A stretch of 35,939 bases of DNA. Source: Casimicrobium sp. GTDB taxonomy: Bacteria; Pseudomonadota; Gammaproteobacteria; Burkholderiales; Casimicrobiaceae. Every line of letters starts with the position of its first letter. The first letter of the stretch is position 1. Made by a program: the position numbers and the translations under genes. Shown here one piece after another: positions 17,878 through 25,979 of the stretch. A model generated the notes under the pieces. It was given only the letters and a program-made list of their open reading frames with translations. It did no database searches and was not told where the DNA came from. Location of the stretch: positions 1 through 35,939 of the forward strand of contig JBDSYI010000507.1 of the NCBI GenBank assembly GCA_039925745.1, in the 5' to 3' direction.

Positions 17878-18732
17878 TTGCCCCCATTGCACCCATTGAA
17901 CGAAGCAGAACGCCAGACCCTTCGCGAACGCCGCGCCGCACTGAAGCTCAAACTGCGCCGTCGCGGCATGTTTGCGCTGCCCAGCATGTTTACGCTCGGC
18001 TGTTTGTTCTTTGGATTCTTCGGCATCATTCAGGCAATGAATTTCCGCTTCGACTATGCGGCGACTTGTGTATTTGTCGCGATGGTGCTTGATAGCCTCG
18101 ATGGTCGTGTCGCGCGCATGACCAAAACCCAGACTGCCTTTGGAGCCGAGTTGGACAGCCTCGCCGACATGGTGAGCTTTGGTGCTGCACCGGCATTGAT
18201 CATTTACGAATGGTCACTGAGTTCGCTGCCCAACCCGCGGATTGCCCTTGCGGCTGGCTTCATTTATGCAGCGTGCGCAGCGCTCCGACTGGCCCGATTT
18301 AACGTGCAAATTAGCGTCGTCGATAAAAGTTTTTTTAACGGTCTTCCGAGTCCCGCTGCGGCCGCTGTCGTGGCGGGCTTTGTGTTGCTGATGGATGACC
18401 TGAATATCGAAGGTGATGCTGTGGCGTGGTGGGCGTTTGCAGTCACGCTCGTGTCGGGCGTTTCGATGGTGACCACAGCCAAATTTTTCAGCTTCAAAGC
18501 CATGAGCCGACGCGCACTATCGTTCACAGCGGTGGCTACGTTGGCGGTCGGCTTTGGCGTAATCCTTATGGACCCACCGAAAGTGCTGTTCCCGGTGATC
18601 CTCGCCTATCTCGCCTCGGGCTACATCGTCTGGCTGTGGCGCGCGACGCACAAATCGCAGTACCCCGCGCCCGGCGATTCTGTGACTGATGTAGTCGTGG
18701 ACTGTGTCAAAGCGCCTGAAAAGCTCCCGTGA
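17878..18732 (+). CDS. pssA: CDP-diacylglycerol--serine O-phosphatidyltransferase
   Basis: LPSMFTL, LDSLDGRVARM...FGAELDSLADMVSFG, ALRLARFN, GLPSPAAA. Start codon uncertain. Confidence 0.93.
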   Translation: MPPLHPLNEAERQTLRERRAALKLKLRRRGMFALPSMFTLGCLFFGFFGIIQAMNFRFDYAATCVFVAMVLDSLDGRVARMTKTQTAFGAELDSLADMVSFGAAPALIIYEWSLSSLPNPRIALAAGFIYAACAALRLARFNVQISVVDKSFFNGLPSPAAAAVVAGFVLLMDDLNIEGDAVAWWAFAVTLVSGVSMVTTAKFFSFKAMSRRALSFTAVATLAVGFGVILMDPPKVLFPVILAYLASGYIVWLWRATHKSQYPAPGDSVTDVVVDCVKAPEKLP

Positions 18733-18792
18733 AGGCACGCAGTGCATCGCGTCTAACCTGAGCGATTTCACCTCCTGCGTTATATTTGGGTC

Positions 18793-18951
18793 ATGCAGTT
18801 GCCGCAATTCAATGCCAAAACGATTTTGAGCCCGGTTTATCCGGTTCGCTCGTCGCGCGGTTTTGGCTTGCCTGTTCTGCTGACCAGCACCATTTCAGCC
18901 ATCGCACCGATTGCGCTGATCTCGCTGCTGCTGCGCTCCCAGCGCAAATAA
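18793..18951 (+). CDS. Candidate leuA leader peptide / small protein (52 aa)
   Basis: MQLPQFNAKTILSPVYPVRSSRGFGLPVLLTSTISAIAPIALISLLLRSQRK*. Nine Leu including CTG-CTG-CTG near the stop. Ends 98 bp before leuA. Absent from the ORF track. Confidence 0.65.
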   Translation: MQLPQFNAKTILSPVYPVRSSRGFGLPVLLTSTISAIAPIALISLLLRSQRK

Positions 18952-19049
18952 ATTTCCCCACTCCTCTCCGCTGCGCCACATCCTGATCCCTGAAACGGGC
19001 GGATGTCGCTGCACTCCCGCATTCCATTTTTCAGATCAAGAGATTCATC

Positions 19050-20762
19050 ATGGCCATGTTGAAACAACCCCATCAAAAGTACGCCGCGTTCAAACCGATC
19101 CCTTTGCCGGACCGAACCTGGCCCAATAAAACAATCACCAAACCACCAATATGGCTCGCCACCGATTTGCGTGACGGCAATCAGGCATTGATCGAGCCTA
19201 TGGATGTTGAGCGCAAGAAAAAAATGTTCGCGCTGAACGTCAAAGTTGGCATCAAGGAAATCGAAGTAGGCTTTCCTTCCGCGTCGCAAACGGACTTCGA
19301 TTTTGTTCGTCATTTAATCGAGCAAAAACAGATTCCGGATGACGTCTGGATTCAGGTGTTGTCCCCCGCCCGCGCAGAGTTCATCGAACGCACCTTTGAA
19401 GCGCTTAAAGGGGCCAAACGCGCGATCTTTCACCTGTATCATGCCGTCGCGCCGGTAATGCGCAATGTGGTGTTCGGATTGACCCAGGATCAGGTCGTCA
19501 ATGACTTGACGATTCCGCACGTGAAGCAAGTGCGTGAGCTCATGAAAAAGTATCCTGAAACCGATTGGCGATTTGAGTTTTCGCCCGAGATGTTCTCAAA
19601 CACGGAGCTTGAATTTTCGAAACGCGTGGTCGATACGGTGGTTGATGTTTACGGCGCGACGCCGCACAACAAGATCATTATCAATTTGCCGACTACCGTT
19701 GAGAACGCGACGCCGAATTGCTACGCTGATCAAATCGAATGGATGCATTGCAACGTCGCCAAACGCGATTGCATCTTGATTTCTCTGCATCCGCACAATG
19801 ACCGTGGCACCGGCACGGCATCCGCCGAACTTGCATTGATGGCGGGTGCTGATCGCGTGGAAGGCTGTCTTTTCGGAAGCGGCGAGCGCACAGGCAACGT
19901 GGACATCGTGAACGTCGCGATGAATATGTATTCGCAGGGCGTGCATCCAGACCTTGATTTCAGCGACATCGACGAGATCAAAAAGACGGTGGAATATTGC
20001 AACCAGATTCCCGTGCATCCTCGTCATCCTTATGCTGGCGATCTGGTGTACACCAGCTTTTCGGGCTCGCATCAGGACGCAATCAAGAAGGCATTCGCGA
20101 ACCGTGAAGTTAATCCGCATGGCATTTGGGACATGCCCTATTTGCCCATCGATCCGATGGACGTCGGCCGTAGCTACGAGGCCGTGATCCGCGTCAACTC
20201 GCAATCAGGGAAGGGCGGCATCAGCTACCTTCTGCAAAGCGAATACGGCGTAGATCTGCCGCGCAGAATGCAGATTGAATTCTCGCAAGTCGTACAGCGG
20301 GTGATGGACGACACCGGCAAGGAGATGACGGCTGACGACATCTGGAATATTTTTGATACCGAGTACGTCAGTCGGGGCGCGCCGTACAAATATGTCGGCC
20401 ATAAACTCGCCGAAGATTCAGCGCGTCCCGAAGCCGTTGAAGTGCACGCCGAAGTCGTGATCGACGGCGACGCGCACAAAGCCAAAGGGTTGGGCAACGG
20501 CCCGATTGATGCTTTCGTTGCAGCCATTGCCAGCGGACTGCACGCGCCAGTTAAAGTCATGGACTATCACGAGCACGCCATCGGTCAGGGCGCGAACGCG
20601 ACTGCGATCACCTACATCGAAATGCGCGTAGGCGACGGGCCGTCGCTGCATGGCGTAGGTATGGACAGCAATATCGTTACCGCATCATTCAAGGCGATTT
20701 TGAGTGGTCTGAATCGGGATGCTGCGCGGGTTCGCCTGGCGAGTCCCGTCGCGTCGAAATAG
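19050..20762 (+). CDS. leuA: 2-isopropylmalate synthase (yeast/mycobacterial type)
   Basis: [54 protein letters not shown] regulatory domain. Confidence 0.96.
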   Translation: MAMLKQPHQKYAAFKPIPLPDRTWPNKTITKPPIWLATDLRDGNQALIEPMDVERKKKMFALNVKVGIKEIEVGFPSASQTDFDFVRHLIEQKQIPDDVWIQVLSPARAEFIERTFEALKGAKRAIFHLYHAVAPVMRNVVFGLTQDQVVNDLTIPHVKQVRELMKKYPETDWRFEFSPEMFSNTELEFSKRVVDTVVDVYGATPHNKIIINLPTTVENATPNCYADQIEWMHCNVAKRDCILISLHPHNDRGTGTASAELALMAGADRVEGCLFGSGERTGNVDIVNVAMNMYSQGVHPDLDFSDIDEIKKTVEYCNQIPVHPRHPYAGDLVYTSFSGSHQDAIKKAFANREVNPHGIWDMPYLPIDPMDVGRSYEAVIRVNSQSGKGGISYLLQSEYGVDLPRRMQIEFSQVVQRVMDDTGKEMTADDIWNIFDTEYVSRGAPYKYVGHKLAEDSARPEAVEVHAEVVIDGDAHKAKGLGNGPIDAFVAAIASGLHAPVKVMDYHEHAIGQGANATAITYIEMRVGDGPSLHGVGMDSNIVTASFKAILSGLNRDAARVRLASPVASK

Positions 20763-20767
20763 CTGAC

Positions 20768-20796
20768 TGCGAGGAGGCGCCGAGCGTTTCCTCGCA
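20768..20796. terminator. Hairpin between convergent leuA and GST
   Basis: TGCGAGGA-GGCGC-CGA-GCGTT-TCCTCGCA. No clear U-tract. Confidence 0.5.
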
Positions 20797-20872
20797 AGGT
20801 TTCGGAGATGATGTCGTTGTTGTTACAAATTCTGTTGATCAACTCAGCCGACCGCAACTGCAGCAAACACCA

Positions 20873-21484
20873 TCAAGCCCCACCCTTCGCAATCGCCCGC
20901 TGATACGCTGGTCTTGCCTCGATCGTCGCAACAAATCGGGCGAGATTCGGAAACATCGCGGCCCCTGGTCCACGGGTCGCAGACTGCGCCACAAAGGACA
21001 ACTGGACGTCTGCCCCAGTAAGCGCGTCTCCGACGAAGTACGTTTTGTTGGCCAGCTCGCTGTCGAGCCAGCCCATGTGGTTCTGGATTTCGCTTTCGAT
21101 GCGCGGTTGCAGCGGCGCGCCTGCCTCGCCCAGACGGCTGGTGTAGAGCTTCAACATCAGCGGCAGCATTGCCGAGCCCTCGCCGTAGTGCAGAAACTGG
21201 ATGTAGCGGTTGTAGGCAGGCGTTCCCATCAAGGGCGCAAATTGACCGTCGCCATACTTGCGCACGAGATATTCGATGATTGCGCCGGACTCGATCAGAA
21301 CCTCGTCACCGTCACGAATGACCGGTGCTTTTCCGAGCGGATGAATGGCCTTGAGCTCGGGCGGCGCGAGCCGTGTTTTCGGGTCGCGCTGATAGCCGAT
21401 GATTTTGTAGTCCTGGCCCAGCTCTTCGAGCATCCAGGTAATGCGGCGCGAACGGGATTCGTTTAGGTGATGAATTTCAATCAT
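20873..21484 (-). CDS. Glutathione S-transferase family protein
   Basis: HHLNESRSRRI.W.LEEL, IHPLGKAPVI.DG, ESGAIIEYL, YFVGD.LTGAD. Confidence 0.93.
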   Translation of the reverse strand: MIEIHHLNESRSRRITWMLEELGQDYKIIGYQRDPKTRLAPPELKAIHPLGKAPVIRDGDEVLIESGAIIEYLVRKYGDGQFAPLMGTPAYNRYIQFLHYGEGSAMLPLMLKLYTSRLGEAGAPLQPRIESEIQNHMGWLDSELANKTYFVGDALTGADVQLSFVAQSATRGPGAAMFPNLARFVATIEARPAYQRAIAKGGA

Positions 21485-21617
21485 ATGCTGCCCAATCCTC
21501 GTCTAGATAAAGATTGATAGTCTAAACCCGGGGCGCAGGCTTCGATGCGACGTCGGGCTATGCTTGAAACGATACGCAATCGGGCGCGTGCCGCTTAAAT
21601 AATTACACTTCGGTGCT

Positions 21618-22712
21618 ATGACTGATCGCACCATTCACCCCGACACACTCCACCGCTGGGTGGCCGATTTATTTTTGGCGGCGGGATCGTCGCCGAAAGA
21701 GGCGCAGCTCACAGCCGACCACCTCGTGTTGTCGAATTTAAGCGGACATGACTCACATGGGGTGGGGATGGTGCCGCGCTATGTCAAGGCGATTGGTGCC
21801 GGTGAGCTGGTGTTGAACACCGACGTTGAGGTGGTGACCGATACCGGCAGTTTGCTGGTGCTTGATGCACATTGGGGCATTGGCCAAAGTGTGACGCATC
21901 AGGCCATGGCGATCGCGATCAAGCGGGCGAAAGATACGGGCGTTTGCGTGATGGGATTGCGCAATTCGCATCACCTTGGGCGTGTTGGCCACTGGGCAGA
22001 GCAGGCCATTGTCGAGGGATTGATTTCGATTCACTTCACCAATGCGGTTTCGAACCACTGGGTGGCTCCATACGGCGGCGCAGAGGCGCGGTTTGTGACA
22101 AACCCGTTCACCGTCGGCATTCCGCGTCCTGACGCCGATGGTGGGCCATTTGTGTTGGATTTCGCTACGAGCGCGATTGCGCAGGGCAAAGTGCGCGTGG
22201 CGTACAACGCCGGAAAGCAAACGCCAGCGGGCGCGCTGATCGATCACGCCGGTAAGCCAACTACCGATCCGGGCGTACTCTTCGAGCCCGTAGATGGACG
22301 GATAGGTGCCCTCACCACGATGGCGGCGCACAAGGGTTATGCGTTGGCGATGGTGTGCGAACTGCTGGGCGCAGCGCTGACTGGCGGCGCTGTGACGATC
22401 CCGAAGAATCAGCCGAAAGCGGGCGTCTGGAACAACATGTTGACGATTGTGTTCGATCCTGCACGTTTTGGAACGCAAACCGCATTTGAGTCGTCAACGC
22501 GGGAGTTTGTGGAATGGGTGAAATCGGCGCGCCTGATGGAGGGGCACGATGAAATTCTGATGCCAGGTGATCCAGAGCGGCGATCGCGAAAAGCACGGGC
22601 GGAAGCGGTCCCGATAGACGAGGGCACGATCACGGAGATGGACGCAGCGGCCGCTACAGTGCTCGCCTCCAGCGGCAAAGGCCCCGGTGCTTTATCGGCG
22701 TTGATGCGCTAA
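21618..22712 (+). CDS. Ldh_2-family (malate/lactate/ureidoglycolate) dehydrogenase, YbiC/HcxB-like
   Basis: GHDSHGVGM.P.Y, NSHHLGRVGHWAEQ, TNPF, LDFATSAIA.GK, HKGYALA. Confidence 0.88.
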   Translation: MTDRTIHPDTLHRWVADLFLAAGSSPKEAQLTADHLVLSNLSGHDSHGVGMVPRYVKAIGAGELVLNTDVEVVTDTGSLLVLDAHWGIGQSVTHQAMAIAIKRAKDTGVCVMGLRNSHHLGRVGHWAEQAIVEGLISIHFTNAVSNHWVAPYGGAEARFVTNPFTVGIPRPDADGGPFVLDFATSAIAQGKVRVAYNAGKQTPAGALIDHAGKPTTDPGVLFEPVDGRIGALTTMAAHKGYALAMVCELLGAALTGGAVTIPKNQPKAGVWNNMLTIVFDPARFGTQTAFESSTREFVEWVKSARLMEGHDEILMPGDPERRSRKARAEAVPIDEGTITEMDAAAATVLASSGKGPGALSALMR

Positions 22713-22936
22713 TTCTGACGTCGAATAAAGTATCAGCTTTGCGCTGAAAGGACGTTCATAAAGAGGCTATACCGAATTTTTGGCGAAAGTCGACAAACGG
22801 TTTGATCGTGGGTTAGTCCCATGTAGATAAAGCGTTTCAACGTAAAGCTGTAGCGCGATATTCGCCTCTAGTCGCTGGCCATTCGAGACTCTCGCGCCAA
22901 AAAAGAAGCGACTTTCACGGCGTTTTTGAAAGCGAG

Positions 22937-23698
22937 TTACGGCTTGGCAGATAGCGTAATGTCGCCAAACCTTGCGCTGGCTTTTTCACCCGTGTTGTCG
23001 GTATCGACCATGATGGCGATGCCAGAAATTCGTGGCGGCTCTTCTCCAAACGCGCGCTTGTAATCGTCGTAAATGTCGCGCGCGAACGACTTCCATTTAC
23101 CGATAGCGGCCGGATCAGCATCAACCACGATTGATTTCACGCGCTGGGTATACGGGCTGGTGATGATAGTGCCCAGAGCAGCTTTGTGCGTGAAGACGTA
23201 TGCCAGTGCGGCGTGTGGTGGCGTTTCACCGTACAGCGCATGGGCAATGGCGTTTTCTGCTCTTTCTTTGACGCTTGCGTGTTCAGGATCCGTGGCGAAC
23301 GTGATGTAGATCCGCGCTACGTAGTCATCGAATGCCTTGCTTCGGGGATCGCTCGTCGCAATCAGATTGCCGGGTTTCCATTTGAATCGAAGCATGGCGC
23401 TGGCGCGCGCATCGCCATCAAAACGGTAGGTCAGCGCACCTGCGGCGGCGTCCGCCACGGCTTCAAGCACCGTTGTACCAAGCTCATCGTCACGGACAAA
23501 GGCATAGCGGGTAAATTGTTTGGCACTGCGAACGGGTTGAAAGCTCCATTCCTGCGGCGAGGTTCCGGGTGCTTTGCTGGAGAAGCGCGGAATTGCCGCG
23601 GCACTCGGAGCGACAACATCAGCCGCCATCGCTACCGAGACAATCGTAGGCAGCAGGAATGAGCCGGTCGCTAAAAGGATCTTCGCAAAATTTGCCAT
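22937..23698 (-). CDS. DUF3047 family secreted protein
   Basis: Signal peptide ending AMA. L.F.WK, DDYVARIYITF, L.YV, W...RD...DYKRAFGEEPP.I.GIAIM.DTDNTG motifs. Confidence 0.85.
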   Translation of the reverse strand: MANFAKILLATGSFLLPTIVSVAMAADVVAPSAAAIPRFSSKAPGTSPQEWSFQPVRSAKQFTRYAFVRDDELGTTVLEAVADAAAGALTYRFDGDARASAMLRFKWKPGNLIATSDPRSKAFDDYVARIYITFATDPEHASVKERAENAIAHALYGETPPHAALAYVFTHKAALGTIITSPYTQRVKSIVVDADPAAIGKWKSFARDIYDDYKRAFGEEPPRISGIAIMVDTDNTGEKASARFGDITLSAKP

Positions 23699-24993
23699 CG
23701 GGATACTGCTTCCGGCGATGCCTTGCCGTCAAAATTCAGATGCTCACACACGTTGGCAAAACGCGCCATCAGGTCGTCGTGATCAGCCCCGCCCATATGG
23801 ACGAGCGCGTAGCGATAGGTACCCAGCCACTTGGTCTCGCGCGCGCGCGAGGTGCTGTGCTTGATGTCCAGAAAGAGCTTTGCATCAGGATAGGTGTTTG
23901 TTAACCAACGCTGGTCGTGATCAGGGGGGGGCTGCTTAACAGCGTCACCAAACTCCCGGAAGACAAAACTGGCTGCAGCGCCAAATTTACCGCCTCGACG
24001 GGGCCAAACCGGCACTTTCCCGAGCGCAAGGTCAAGTTCGAGCGCCCACAAACTCTTGCCATCCACGCGTTCATATAAATCAGAGAACTGACCTGCCATG
24101 CGCGGGTTAATTTCGATGATCGTAATGCGCTCCGTCTTTGGATCGAAAAACAATTCGACATTGAACAGGCCATGTGTTAGCCCCACGGCTTCGACCGCCC
24201 GTTTGGCAACCGCCTCAAGCTTTTCGACGTAATGGGCAGCGAGTTGCGACGGATATTCGAAACGCATAAACGCGTTCGTACCCGGATACATGACCGAGTC
24301 GACGGTGCCAAGAATGGTTACTTTACCTTTGTGCGCATAACCGTCAACGCAAAACTGCAGCGCGCCATCGACACTGCCCTCTGCAATGAAGCAATCAGCG
24401 TCAATTTCGCAGTCAATGTGTTTAACCGAGACGCGGCGAAACGGTCGGGTCAGCCGTTTGATGATGATTTTTTCCCAGACCCGAAACTTCAAATGCGAGC
24501 GCAGGGCGGCCTCGTCCTTGCACCGCTTGGCCAACACCGAGAATGCTGCCTTGACCGGTTTCACGAAGATCGGGTAGTCAATCGTGATGGCGTGACTCAC
24601 ATCCGCGTCATAACGGAAGCCGCAGAACGGCGGAACATTGGCGGGCATAACGTCACGATGGATTTGTCGTGCCAGATATTTGTGTTGCGCCGTGAGCAGG
24701 CCTTTCAACGGCGTGCCTGGGAGCCCGAATTTTTCTGCAAACAGGCTCGCGGCGAGTGCGCCGAACTGCTCGTGCGTAGACACGACAGCGACGATTTTTC
24801 GGGAGCGAAATTTGCGTGCCAGATTCTCGACGAACCACTCAACGTTGAACCAAAGCAGACGGGCATTCGACGGGAACGTAAAAAGATCGAATCCGGCGCG
24901 CACGAACTCGTATTCGCTGTACGCAATCTCAAGCGGCGCGAGCGCAAGATCGTCATATTCCTGCGCAAAAAGGACGAGGACGACGGGCTTCAT
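23671..24993 (-). CDS. ATP-grasp ligase of unknown specificity
   Basis: HKYLAR, PIFVKPVK..FS, FIAEG, GLFNVELF, IIEINPR. Start at MKPVV preferred; ORF extends to 25032. Confidence 0.85.
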   Translation of the reverse strand: MKPVVLVLFAQEYDDLALAPLEIAYSEYEFVRAGFDLFTFPSNARLLWFNVEWFVENLARKFRSRKIVAVVSTHEQFGALAASLFAEKFGLPGTPLKGLLTAQHKYLARQIHRDVMPANVPPFCGFRYDADVSHAITIDYPIFVKPVKAAFSVLAKRCKDEAALRSHLKFRVWEKIIIKRLTRPFRRVSVKHIDCEIDADCFIAEGSVDGALQFCVDGYAHKGKVTILGTVDSVMYPGTNAFMRFEYPSQLAAHYVEKLEAVAKRAVEAVGLTHGLFNVELFFDPKTERITIIEINPRMAGQFSDLYERVDGKSLWALELDLALGKVPVWPRRGGKFGAAASFVFREFGDAVKQPPPDHDQRWLTNTYPDAKLFLDIKHSTSRARETKWLGTYRYALVHMGGADHDDLMARFANVCEHLNFDGKASPEAVSRWQILRRSF

Positions 24994-25045
24994 CGTCACC
25001 TCAAATGTGGCGGGCCGTACAGGCCCATGCAATGGTGAACAAAGG

Positions 25046-25864
25046 CTACTTCTTGTCGTTCAGATTCCAGTCGTAATCGAGATACGAAATGTCGACCTTT
25101 CCGGTTTTGATCTCGGCCTGCGCTGCGGCGTCGGCGGAGAGATTGTCCGCATACTTGCCAAGCGTAGCTTCGAGCGAAGTGAAACCTTTGTAGCCTTTGG
25201 TGAAATCCTTTTTGTACCAGTCGAAAATCTTGCTGATTTCGAGCGTTTTCTTCCCGGCGTTGTAGCGATTGCGTGATTTGTCCGAGAGGAAACGCCGCAT
25301 ACCATCGTCGAGTTGTGCGTCAACTTTTTCCGCAGTGAAGGCTTCGTTGCGCAACATTGGACAGCCAATCGATGCACACACCACGCCAACGTGAATGCGC
25401 GGATCATTGAACACGCCTTCAGCGCGGATCATGTCGTGCTCAATGCCGTCAAGCGTCATCTCTTTGCCAAACAGTTTGAAAAACTTGATGCTCCATGGCT
25501 TGGTAAACGCACCACCCAAATCACGAATGGACTTGAGGTTGGGGTATTTCGTGAGGATCAGCTCAATTGTGTACGCGTTGTAAGCATTAATCAGGAACGC
25601 AAGCTGCTGATTCTTGTTCCAGCTTTTGTACGTCGCTTCGGAGACGGCGGACACTGAATTAAGGTAGGCGGTCAAGGCGGCGTGATCGCGCAAGACACCA
25701 GCGTAGGAAAGCTGTGACGCGTTGCCACCGCTGATGTAGGTGACGTGCTTCTTGAGCAAATCATCAAACGCTTTATGCGATTGATCGAATTGGGCGAAGG
25801 CGGTGGAGGCGATTAGCGCAGCGGCCATCACAAGTAATGTCTTCAGAAATTTCATTTTTGTCAT
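25046..25864 (-). CDS. DUF547 family secreted protein
   Basis: Signal peptide ending AFA. QLAFLINAYNA.T, TLD.IEH..IR, DPRIH..VCASIGCP.L, SKIFDWY..DF, YDWNLN. Confidence 0.88.
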   Translation of the reverse strand: MTKMKFLKTLLVMAAALIASTAFAQFDQSHKAFDDLLKKHVTYISGGNASQLSYAGVLRDHAALTAYLNSVSAVSEATYKSWNKNQQLAFLINAYNAYTIELILTKYPNLKSIRDLGGAFTKPWSIKFFKLFGKEMTLDGIEHDMIRAEGVFNDPRIHVGVVCASIGCPMLRNEAFTAEKVDAQLDDGMRRFLSDKSRNRYNAGKKTLEISKIFDWYKKDFTKGYKGFTSLEATLGKYADNLSADAAAQAEIKTGKVDISYLDYDWNLNDKK

Positions 25865-25876
25865 TCTTTCGTCGAT

Positions 25877-25963
25877 AGGGTGTGCATCAAAATGCGCACC
25901 ATCGTTGCGCTTGTCGCGGTATGGAGATTACGACCAACTGGTGCGCACTTTGGTGCACACCCT
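25877..25963. repeat. 25-bp inverted repeat, REP-doublet-like
   Basis: AGGGTGTGCATCAAAATGCGCACCA (25877-25901) and TGGTGCGCACTTTGGTGCACACCCT (25939-25963) are complementary at 23 of 25 positions. Confidence 0.75.
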
Positions 25964-25979
25964 GCGTCGGTGGGGCGAC

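Noticed and set aside
18786-18986. 66-aa track ORF as the leuA leader
   Set aside because: TTG start with no clustered Leu codons; the ATG-initiated frame 18793-18951 carries the Leu run.
22713-22936. Possible structured ncRNA between the dehydrogenase and DUF3047
   Set aside because: The short complementary segments cross rather than nest and match no RNA family I recognise.
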